Shown piece after piece: positions 1 through 12,039 of a stretch of 64,000 nucleotides of DNA. The notes under the pieces were generated by a model. It was not told the origin of the DNA. It did no database searches and saw nothing but the letters and a program-made list of their open reading frames with translations. Position numbers and translations under genes: made by a program. The first letter of the stretch is position 1, and every line of letters begins with the position of its first letter. Source of the stretch: Blasia pusilla (taxonomy: Eukaryota); assembly GCA_050084515.1 (NCBI GenBank), contig CM114271.1, positions 28,396,001 through 28,460,000 on the forward strand, read 5' to 3'.

Positions 1-430
1 CGCTGTGAAGAATCACGTCCACGCACTGAAAGCATTCCACCACCTTCCGCGGGACAACAAACTCAAATTCCCCTTTGCAGATTATGTTGAGGTAGCCATC
101 TTCAGGTGACGTTATCTCCACGGAGGGGCCGCTAGCCGAAGTCCTTCCTTCAAATATCTCAATATCGTCACTGGCATTCGCAGTTTGGGCGACTTTTTTC
201 TTCTGTTTCCAGGGCTTTACTACCTCCGTAGCTTTGACTTTATCCGTATGGGTCACTTGAGGACTCATCTCTTCCGATCGAATTCGCTCTCGAGGTCGTC
301 CCCTCATCCGACCATCTTTTCCACTTATACGGACTTCATTCACTATCGCTTTATCTAATTGCGGATTGTCAAACTCTCGAGAGGTACTGGCACCTCGACT
401 AGCACCTTCGCCCTCCCGATCTTGCAACAT
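1..430 (-). CDS. Partial ORF running off the left window edge, function unknown (probably TE-derived)
   Basis: Manual translation from ATG at 430 (MLQDREGEGASRG...EFVVPRKVVECFQCVDVILHS) has no stop before the edge; no recognisable domain. Confidence 0.2.
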   Translation of the reverse strand, partial: MLQDREGEGASRGASTSREFDNPQLDKAIVNEVRISGKDGRMRGRPRERIRSEEMSPQVTHTDKVKATEVVKPWKQKKKVAQTANASDDIEIFEGRTSASGPSVEITSPEDGYLNIICKGEFEFVVPRKVVECFQCVDVILHS

Positions 431-1236
431 ATTTTACAGAGTCCGATCGTGAACGACTGGACGAAAGTCTTGGCAATCTACTCCGAGAATCCAATGACGA
501 GAGTCCTTCCTCGAGAGCACTCTACAATCCGGGAATCAGCTAAAAGAACCTTCTCAAGGCAGAGTCCATCCCTCTGCTCTTAACAATCGGGCAACTCCTC
601 CTACTCCATCCGAAATTCCCGTGGGACTTCTCGACCCGGCATCCACATAAGTAACTTTTTTAATCTTCAAAATGCCAAATCCGAGTCCCTCCCAGCGTCC
701 GCCACAAGGCGCAGTGAAGCAATTCCTGTCGCCAGACATTGCAATCAAATCTCCTTCCGATCTCTGCCAACCCTGTCTTCATCATACTCCTCAATCTGAA
801 GAACGTCGATCCGTCGATCGATCCATCAATCGCCGCCAAAAGCCTGTTTGCATTCCAGAACCCCCTCCCCCACTCCACACACAAGAGCGGAGTAGTGCAT
901 GAGTAGTGCAGAGTACACGTTCAAATGAACCTGCGTAACAAACGACACGAATTGGAATTCAAAGGGGAGATCTCCGCCACTTTAAATTTTACGAAAGGGA
1001 AGAAAAAAGGATGCTCGTGATGCCTTCTCGCCAATTTCCCTCCCCCCATTTTTTCTTTTTATTTTTTCCTAATATTCTTCCTTTCGCCGGCCACTTGTGA
1101 CGTTTCTAGTCTCCTCTGAATTTTTTATTTGATAAATTAATTACTAAGTTATCAATTGAGGGAGACTAGCTTTGGCCAAGTGAAGTATGGAACATTAATA
1201 ATTAGTGAATGCCTTACTTATGGTACTTCAAATTAA

Positions 1237-4200
1237 CTAGTAAGAATGCCCATCTAAGAATGGCATCTAACTTTAATATTCATACTATAATCATATTTTT
1301 TCAATGAGAATTTTAGAAAATTGTATAAATTAAAAATTTCACACAAATGAGTTTTTATTTTTATTTTAATTTAATACTTCATGATATACAACATTCCTAA
1401 TGTAAACATCCATTTTCTTGATGGGATGTTCACTATCTATCATCATATGAATGAAATTCCTCGAACCTACTCTAGATAAGGCAACATATAATTGCCCATG
1501 AGAAAATACAAGGTTTGGCAAGTAGATGCCGACTCTCTCTACTCTTTGACCTTGAGACTTATAAACCGTCATTGCAAAAGCAGAACGGACAGGAGACTAA
1601 AATCATCGCAAATCAAAAGATAAACCATAATGAGATGCAATCAATGGGATGCGTGGAATGAACACTCAAGCTCCAATGTTTTTTCCTATAATGATAATTG
1701 CAGCTATAAGATGTCGACTAAATCCAACAATCGCCATGCGAGTCTCATTCGCTTGTCCAAAAGATCTTTAGTTGGTGGAACTAAGAAATGTTCCCACACC
1801 ATAGCTAGGAGAGAAGGTGTGTTATATAGAAGAATGATTGCAAAGAGTAGATGCAATGAATACCCTATACGAATCACAACTGCCTCTTCAAAGCAAGAAA
1901 ATATCTCTCTGTCATCCTCCAAAAGTCCCATATGAATAGTTGTTTGTTTGAAGGTAGGATAAACTACATCATCTATAGTTCTCAAATCTTGATATGATTG
2001 AGCTCCTCTCGCATGATGGAGAAGTAATGGTAACCAATGACGCTCTCCTTCACTTGAGAAAAGCATGTAGAAAAAAATATTATAAAAATCAAGAGATGTA
2101 CAACATTCTCCCAAAAAAGAAATCTCTATATAATACAGTAAGTTTATCTTGGTGTATCATATACAAACGTCCAATAGGGTGTCCACATCCTTTTCATGCA
2201 CGTTTACGTCGATGCCATCGCTTCTTATTCCAAGAGTAGAAAGAAGGGAACTCCAAATAAAGATGTTGTCGAGCCGTCGAATCATAAATATTTGTTGAAA
2301 ACCATAGAGTGGGAGTGGTCTCCTTAGTTTGCTCTAGAATAATACCCAAAGAATCTTGCCCATGAAAGTATACCATTTAGCTATCTTGAAGATGGACGAT
2401 CAATATCACAATACTTGGTTGCTCCGCATGAAGACTAAACTTGAAAATTTGTCAACATGTTTTTTAAGAAGAAACGTACCTTCATACAACAAAACGAAAA
2501 AATTATTAAAGTCAAATTTACTATCATTGGAAAAAGATAGAAACATAATTTTTTTTAAAGATTGAAATACCTCGCATCAAGATACAATGATATCTCATCA
2601 ATAGTTTCCTCGACCGATATTCTTTTTGCCACTGTATATGATATCGTATGGGATCCCTTGTACACAAACTTAAAAAATCCTTCACTGCCAAGATGCTATT
2701 TCTTATCTCCAAGTTGATGTGACAATCAAATAAAGTACATACCATTGGATTATATGGAACTCACACAACGATTATCAAAATCATGATTTGACTTATCAAT
2801 CAATTTGCCATTATCACGCTGTCAATCACAAATATAATCCGATTAGTGCTTTGAGAAAATATTTAGAAATTTCATAATTTAAAAAATATTTTAAAAATTA
2901 AACCTATAAATTATCTCTTACAAATGGGATATCCATCATCGTTCTCCGTTGTCATTGATGCAAAAGGCATAGGGTACCCTTTTGAAGAGACTTTTGTCGT
3001 TTTGTCTGTACAAGGTGCATTTGGATGTGCTACACCACATGGGTCATGAATCCTATAGTTTCTCACAATAGAATAAAGCCTAGGGATGAGTAATAGGATT
3101 CCGAATCTTAGCATATTCCAAATCCTCTCATCAAAATGAGGGATTGTCCTTGGCTTATCCTCTATCGTAAGAATAATCAAGATATGCGGATGTGGTAGAC
3201 CTCTTTTCTGGAACTCAACTACATGAATACATCCTACCACACGACCCAAAATATACTTCTCCATAATAAGTCTCAACAAATCCTCCTTCTTTTGTTGGAA
3301 AACACATACAACCAAGTCAGTACGATCGGATGTTGTTTGCCCAGGAAGTAGAGCAAAAGTAATCTCTATCCATTTAGGGTTGCAAGTCATCGTAAAAATT
3401 TAGTCATGCTTCCCAAAATTTCTCACAATGGCCAAAGCATCATGATACAACTCATGAATGTGACGGGGTCCTCCGATGAAAGAAGAAGGTGAGATAATTT
3501 CTCTCCCTATGCCATGACCATTACCATCATGCGTAGTCATGGCGTCTCTAACACCTTGGTATAAATCAACTCTCAACTCCTTTTGATGTAGTCATATCCA
3601 AGTCAGTCATTGCATTTCGATAGTCACATACATATCCACAATATATTCTTGCGTAAGACGACCAAACTACAACAACCGATTATTATCCATAGCATTAGCT
3701 CACATTTGAGGTCGGAATGAAGCAAATTGTAAAGTTGTTACTGTCTTTGAATTTACCTCATGAGTGTCAACTCCACCTTCAATATCTTCCCCTTCAATTC
3801 CCTCTTGCAAATTATCATCTCCATTCTCATCCCCACCCACGTCGATCACAAGATGCCCTCTTATCATTTGATCACCTCTTATACCTTCTTGCACTTGCAA
3901 AGGTATCCCATGATGCCAACTTGCTCACCATAGACAAAGGGCAAAACAAAGTGCAATGGGATATATGCTTCATTCAAGTTGGATAAGCGATGAATACCTC
4001 CTCCATATAAATGAACAACAATATCACGTCTTTGTACACACTCACTCCCATCTCCCAGAAAGATAGCAACAACCTCTAAAGCAATAAGCAAGGTATATCA
4101 TTTTGCATCAAGACCTCGCTTACTACCCTTAAGAACAATATGGAAATCGAAGTAACATGGATCAAAAGCCATATTTCGAAACAAAACTACATATGGATTA

Positions 4201-7100
4201 TGGGCATGCAACATATCTTGTAATCACCTTAAGATCTTCGGCCTCAACTGATCACAATTATCTACATTCATAATCCTTCTTCTATGTTCCATCTGATGCT
4301 CATCATCACGAATGTAGATTTGCGCAAATTATGGAGGAGCATCAGTCTCTGCATGAAGAGGTCCAATAGAATGATAAACACCACCTTGAATCCTGAAGTT
4401 TCCTATACCACCTCTTTTTTGTGTAACGTGTGCTCCAGTGGATGCCAATTGAAGAGTGCTATTATAGGCACGTGCGTTACGCAACAAATGAAGATTGTTT
4501 GAACTCATACCATAAATTAATTCTTATCGTATAGAGGGTGAAGCCGCCAAATATGGTAGATGAATCTTACCATACTGACGACACACACCAAAAAGCGAGC
4601 TTGTAAACCTAGTATACTTAACTCTCTCACACTTCCAATGTAAAGCATTGCAACTTGGGCAAATCTTATTCATAAGTCCAATAGTAAAACGACCATTCAT
4701 ACTATCAATACGATCTCCCAAACAAAGGATTCTAATATGCTGCCCCTCAAAGTCAGGAATACGTGCAATGTTGAGTAACTTTTTCAAGTTCACAACCTTT
4801 CTAGATCCTATATTTGGAATCAAGGCATGTACATGATCCTCATTCACTTCCATCTGGCCTGCATGATTGTCTTCATTTGCATCACTCCTTATGAAACAAT
4901 CACTAACATGATCGATATCATGTACATACTACATCCAAATGAGTATGGCTTTCCCTTTGGCACTCAGTTGGGGCCACTTGAAGCATGTGAAACACTTGTG
5001 GAGGGTTGGTGGTAATTGGAAGACTACAACACAATTAAAAATATTAATATATCATAAATTAGAAACAAATTTAACATGGGTAAGAGATGGTGTGATCACA
5101 ATCCTAGAGTTCATAATAGCTCCAATTGAGGAAATCCTATGAAAGGCCTATGAGAAACCATTTTTAGAAATCACTTGCAAACATGGTGGATTATTAGCCC
5201 AAGATGCCGCATTGGCATGCTGCACGTATTTCCCTATGGAATTCAAAACATTTAAAAGACCAAGTAAAAAACATACAATAATAAAAGTATGTGAAGCATA
5301 CCTAATATTAGTTGGAATATGAACATCATGACTGGTCATAGCCTTTGTTTCTTCTCAAGGAAGTACACTCATGGATACTTGATGAAGATTCACTTCAGCT
5401 AAAAGTTCGTGTCTTCTACTTTGCCCTTCAACTTGTGCAACTTGAAGCAGACCATGGAATCCTCGAGGGTTGGATGGGAGAGGAAGACTAAGGAAAAAAT
5501 AATTGTAGAAAAGCAAGTCACAGTAATGGAAATATAATAAAAATAAAATTTTATAGTCAACAATTTAAAGAAAAATAACAATTTTTAATTTATTTGGTAA
5601 TGAAACATACATGGGAGATAATGGAGTGTATGTTGAAGCATGAAGATTCCCATTGGTAGGTGCTACGATCAACCTGGACAAAGAATTAGGAGAAATCACA
5701 AAAGGAGAAGGTTGTTCTAACAACTATGATATAATATTGAAAATTAATAGAAAAATAAGTACCTTCTATTATCTACATCATGGAAGTCATCCATGATGGG
5801 TGTTTGTGATTCTTCGATCAAAGGAACATTCACAATAGCTTGAACATGACTCAATTGAACAGAATTGGCATGTCTTCATCTTTGTCCTTGAGCTCTTGCA
5901 ATTTGATGTAAATTACGTAAGTGTTGCAGGTTTGACGGAATTGGAAGTCTATAACACAAACATGAAAAATATTAAGGTCACACAACAAATCCATAGTGTG
6001 CACTTATAATCATGGAATCATTGTATCATCATAAAGCTAAGCATTCTTACATTGGGGATGACAAAGTGGTAGGATGAATTATAAATTGCATATCTCGAAG
6101 CGCCCTTCTACTTCTTGAGATGTTGTCCTTCTTGCCTTCTTACATGAAAGCTTATCTTTTTCATCTGAAACCCGTATAGTAGATGGTGGACTACATGAAA
6201 TATGGTGATCATGCTCCACAATAGGTAAAGAAACATTGGTGATGTTTGTGAATGGTCTTTTTTCATTCTGCCTCAATGGTTCCTCATGAGATTCATGCAT
6301 CTTGTGACAATATCAATCATCCCACATAAATACATATTGTCAATATATCAAACCAAAAAAAAAACACAATGAAATATGAACATTTGTAAGAAAAACTTAT
6401 ACTTGAAATTTTGTTGTGAGATTATATTATATATTTTTAAAAAAACTTAAATTTATAGAAAAATATGAAATAGGAAAATAATTCTAATGGGCAAGGAGAC
6501 TCATCTGTACTCATCTCACTTGAGTTATCGAAGCAAATTTTATGACCGTCACTAATTTCCCGTGACCCACACACATAAGAATCACATACAAATGAATGGC
6601 TAAATGCTATAATGTCCGAGAAAGGGATGCAATCATGTGTGGAATCAATATCTCCTCCTCCCTCATCATGTCCAACTACTTCTTGTGGCATAGAATGATG
6701 ATTCAAGATAGGCGTAGTCAAAATTCTAGATGCACTCTCATCATAGCTACAACTCTGATCATTTCTCAAAGGGTCTATACTAACATCATGAGCATTAATC
6801 TTATTTTCAGAAATCGGCAATGGAACAATTGTAGGACGTGAAGTCTTATCCATATTTCTGAAAATTGGCGATGGAACATAGTCGGGACTTAAAGCATCTT
6901 TCCTATTTTCAAGAATCGGCGATGGAACATACTCAAGACTTGATACTTGTATCACCTCTACAATGTTGGCATCTAGAGATGTATAATCCCTTTCTTGTTC
7001 ATCAAGAGGGACATAGAACTCACCATTGCTATATTGTCTCTCATTTTCACTCATTTATAAAATATCATTTGGTAGAATCTGCAATATCCATACAATTATT
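1237..7100 (-). mobile_element. Helitron A (internally deleted; 5' terminus not located, right coordinate approximate)
   Basis: Minus strand ends ...ATGCCATTCTTAGATGGGCATTCTTACTAG|T (imperfect hairpin, CTAG, then T). Rep motifs TCNPKW and EFQKRGLPHPHILI and helicase C-terminal motifs lie upstream. Confidence 0.85.
1366..4853 (-). pseudogene. Helitron Rep/PIF1 helicase (RepHel), degenerate, intron-containing
   Basis: ORF fragments: CPSCNALHW (N-terminal Zn finger), MTCNPKW...VEFQKRGLPHPHILI (HUH), LLLHHARGAQSYQDLRT, KSQGQ...VFSHGQLYVALSRV (helicase motifs V/VI). Many stops and frameshifts. Confidence 0.9.
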
Positions 7101-10100
7101 TTAATGAAATAACTATTTTAAAAGAGAAAGAAATAATACTCAGTAGAAATGGATAGAAAATCTAGAATATAATAGAAAGAGATAAAGCTTGCTTTTTTTA
7201 GTCACACCACCCCCAATGAAAGGAAACCTCGTCGTTTGCTCAACTTAATAATGTGAACCAAACACATATCACAACAAAACAATGAAATTTTCTTGCTAGC
7301 ATCATAGTTTTTTATTGCAAAGAGAGAGAGAAAGAGGAATTAAGAAAAATAAGCTAGGAAAATTGGATTAAAACTCACATAAATGCCAAAAAAATCATTA
7401 TATATATATATTCACTAAATATCTATACTATTATGGGAGAACGCATTCTCAAAAGTGCAACAACCTAGCTTCTGCCATGTGGACTTTTCGCCAAATGAGG
7501 AGATTGAAAAATCGGCCTCTGACAATTGTTTCACATAGCTGTTGGATGGTGCATTTTAGGGTTTAAGGTTGTCCACCGCTTAAGGCTCTAACTGTTTTTA
7601 TGTGAGTTTTCAAATTTATGTCCTTAGGACAGTTACGGTCTTCAGGAGAAGGGATGTCCGTTGATTTAAATGACCTCTCACTTAGCAAAGAGTTGGCGAG
7701 AGGGAAGCAAGACGATGCGATAAAGTTTCAAATCTACGAGGAGCATTGTCTTTTTTGCTTCACAGAGATTATATTTCCCCACTGTGCTCTTGACAATCAG
7801 GTGACGTCAGTCATTTTACTTGCTTTCTTTTCATAAATCGTTGAGGCGTACATTTTGAGGATTATTATTATTGGTATGAATAGATTGTTACAAGTAATGC
7901 AATAGACTTTGAGCTCTACCTCTAGCATTACACATGAAAGTATTCTAATGTATGCTTCATGCAATCCAGGCAGTGCTACATCGAGTTCAGGTTCTGATTC
8001 AACTCCTGCCATCTCCTCCCGATTCAGCAACTCCAACTTTGAGCCCAACTCGAACTCCATCTCCATCTTCTGCTCCAGCTGTGACTTCGGCTGCAGCTCT
8101 AGCGGCTCCCAAGCATGGTTTCTACTCGACTCAGCTCTAGCTCTATCTCCCACTCCATCTCTGATCGTAGCTCCATCGGCTCCCTAGCACACTCTCTACT
8201 CGGCTCAGATCCAGCTCCAACGGCTCCCGAGCACGGCTCTCAGACCTGCAACCATTATGGACAGAGGTGCAAAACAAAACGCAGCCAACTAAACATGGGA
8301 GTCACAACACGCAAGTCAACACAAGGGAAGGGGAAGAGTGTGTCTAAGGAATCTTCATCAAAAAAGCATTACGGTGTAAAGTCACCTGATGTTGAACCAT
8401 TGGAAGCTCCAAGTGATCTCCCATATATGGAGAGGATGTCATGGGCTTGAGTAAGTGGAAAAAGTCTCATTTTCCAAGTTGTCCTTGGGGAGAGAGACTC
8501 ACTCGCAAACTTGCTCCAGGCTTCGAAGGTGGGGTAAAGGATTCACTCCTTGTTGGAGCACACCCTACGTTTTCAGACAAGGGGTATTATCCAGAACCAA
8601 TCGAAGGTTTGGGAAAAGAAATTTTTATTGAAGTCCAAGGGACATCCCCATATCAGCTTAGAAGGACCAGTAACAAGAGGGTCAACACGATCGAGAGGGG
8701 ATCTGCAAAGAAAAGGTAGAGATCTCCGAACCCCAATGTAAAACAGCAACACTCGCAGTCTCATAGGACATCCCCTATTCAGGTAGATAGACCTACTACA
8801 TGTGTCTTAGAACCACAGGAGACGAACAAGTCGCCTTAGAGAGCACCAACTGGAAAGAGTGTGGTAGTTAATATACAAATTTGGAGATGAGCTTCGTAGC
8901 TAGGAGAGAAAGAGTTTGCGGATGAATCATCGATATCAAATGACACATGTAATGCTATCTTTGAGAATCAAGCTACCTATGGAAGTTGTGGTATCCGGTG
9001 TATGAATGTCTCTTACAAGACTCTCCCTCCCTAGCTATCAGTACTCAACTCAAGTACTGTTGACTATGAAAAAGTGTCTTGAACGGAGATATTTTCCAAG
9101 GGCGGCCGGATTGGTAGTAGTAAAACTGAATCCAACAGGGAAACTAAATTTTGTGTGACAAACCCTCAGTTCTGCACAATGGGGCTACTCGAGAACTTGC
9201 TGCAAGATGCAACACCACCAACAAGGGTGGCATCAACGAGCAGATGTTGTCCCACAAAGGTTGTCCGACAATGGCATATTAGCCGCAGACCAAGCTTTCA
9301 GTGCAACCGCCAACCCATGGACCTGACCCCAGACCAAGGAATCGTTCTATTGCGCAGACACCTTACTGCACCCAAGGAGCCGTGGACTTAGTGCATCAAA
9401 ATTGTAGGCTTGAACCCAAACCAACTACTTAGTGCATCAGAAATGTAAGACGCGCACATGAGAGAACAGTCTACAAGGGGCAAAGAGTAAACCATGTTGC
9501 AAGGAAAAATCAAAGCACCGAGCCAAGAACACAACGACAGCGCGGCCTCTTTTGACAACAAGGACGATGCGAGAGGAAGTGCAAGGAGGCACCAACAAGA
9601 AAATGCGCAACCATTTGCATCTACCTAGAGCTCTGCATGAAGGTAAGAGATGGTAGAGGGACGAGCGATCAAAGAAGAGCGTATCTGTGCGCTCAAGCGC
9701 ACACGGGTATTGAAACTCGCCAGCTAAACATCACTCGAGAGCTCCGTGCACGAGACCCTAAACAGCCAACTAGACAACAACACTCAAGAGCGAGTGCGCT
9801 CTCGAGCCATTTGAGCAAGCCGCATTGTCAAAAATTGAACCAAAGATGTAACTTGCACAGTCGAGTGAGAGCGCCCGTGAGGCTTAGAGCGAAGTCCGTG
9901 ATGGGCGAGTGGGCGAAAATGAGAGAATTGACGGTTATAGGGGCAACATATCGGGGTAGGGAGGAAGGGAGAGGTATTCAAGGGCGGACGCGTCCCATCA
10001 GAATCGGGGTTGGGAAGAAGGGGATGGGCGCGGCCGCATCTTAGACGCTGGTTTTCCGATTGAAGATCTAATGGTCCAAATAATCTTGACCGTTAGAATC

Positions 10101-12039
10101 GGGGTAGGGGGGAGGGGGTGAGGGGCGGCGAGTCTCAGGCGCGGACCATCCGATTGATAATCTAACGGCCTATCCACGGTCGGATTATCAATCGGATAAT
10201 CTAACGGCCCAAAAAAAGTGGACCATTAGGTATGGGCCTTACGACTTGCACATGCGGCGCCGACCGCGGATAGGGTTGGTAGTCGATGTTGGGTTCGAGA
10301 TAGGTTCGGTGGTAGGCTCGATGGTATTTGTAATAATTTTATAAAAAAAATCCTACTCTCATTTTTGCTTTTTCCACTCCTCGCCAAAAAAAAACCTCAT
10401 TTTTTAATAGGCTTTTATTTTCTATTTTTTAAATAAGACAAATTTTCCTATTTTCTCCCTCGGATTTCCTTTGTCCTTCTTTTCCTCTTCCCACCAAATT
10501 TTTTTCCCCAATTTTTCAATTTTTCTTAAACATCCCAACTAAAATAACTTTATATATTTTGTCTTCTTCTATTCTTTTTCCAAAAAAAAATTTTATTTTC
10601 TCTTTCTCTTTCTCTTAAAATTTTCCTTTTAAACACTTCCTCTAAAATTTCTTTATGTCTACCTCGAAACTTTTTCATTCTCTTCTCTTTTTTCGCACTT
10701 TACTTTTTTTCCTTATCTCGTCTAGTTTTTTCCTCAATTTGCCCATTTAATTTTCATCATTGTCTTTCTCTACTATTTTACATTAATTTTTTTCAATTTA
10801 CTATTAGTTTCTATTATCTGTGTATTTTATGTCCTTAAGCTTTGTGTTTTCTTTCTTTCTATTATCAAGTTTAATAAGTAGTTATGTGGTGTGTAATGTA
10901 GATGGCGAGTGGAGGTGGTTTATTATTGAACGTGGAGAGACGGCCACTAGGAGTTATCACAAATACATCGATTCTGCAACAAAATTCAGGGAGACAAATC
11001 GAAGAATTAAAGAACACCTCTCTTTGGGAAAACAAAGTAAGCAACATATTTCCATTTCCACGATATGCCTTACATCCCATGTTTTGTATGTGTATACCAT
11101 AATGATGCAATCTTGGAATTTTTGCCCGTACTTCCTCTTCCATAAAATCCAACACACTTGCGTGACTTCCGAAAGTTGGTGCGTGTGAACGCACAACAAA
11201 AAAGGCGTGCACGTTGCAAGGAAATATTTGCACAAAAAGTACATGTTGAATATGAATTCTTTCCCGAAATATCTCCGACGTAAGTTTGCAAAATTGACAA
11301 TCATTTAGCATGTCCACATTTCCACCCTACATAATGTTCACTTCTAATTTAATTTGGTGCATTGCTCTTAACATTTATGTATTGTTTCACACTTCCCATT
11401 CTATTGAATCCTATCGATAGACGTGATTTTCGGAAGGTTCTACGTGGCGAGATCCAAAAATGAAAACGTGCTATTCGTGCTGACAAAATGGAAGCCTTGA
11501 AAGAAGAAAAAAAGGTGTTATTATCGAGAGTATAGAAAAAGAAGGAAAGCGCTTCATGGTCAAGTTAAGCCAGAGATGAAACTTCAAAGTATTCCAACTA
11601 CTCCAAATGAAGAGCTTATGGCTATTGGTAGTCAATCCACGAGGTACATATCTAACGTTTTACATCCTCGCTGAAAATCTCTGATTGTTCATTTTTTATT
11701 TGTATGTATTATGTAATATATTGATGTTTTCTCAAGCCTTTCAATGAGGATGGAGGAATGGTAGGAGAAAATCAAGAAGTTCATCTTCCATCCACAGATC
11801 GGATACATGCATCACCAAGACCGGAATATATCTACGACAAGGCTAGCTACTCATGTGATACCATAAGTCGAGTTACCTATCACTCTTACGACTCTGATTC
11901 AAAATGAAGTTGTTGAGAATTCTTTGACTCTTCCCCATCATGAGAATGAAGCAAGGTCAAGAGTAGATCCTATGTCTTCTACCATTAATGGAGTTTTGTT
12001 ATCTCCAGAAAGTGCCACTATACCAAATGCTTCTAGCAT

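Noticed and set aside
6437-7054. 205-aa ORF as a host gene
   Set aside because: Low-complexity acidic/Pro-rich sequence on the Helitron A strand upstream of Rep; more likely a variable N-terminal RepHel exon; no recognisable domain.
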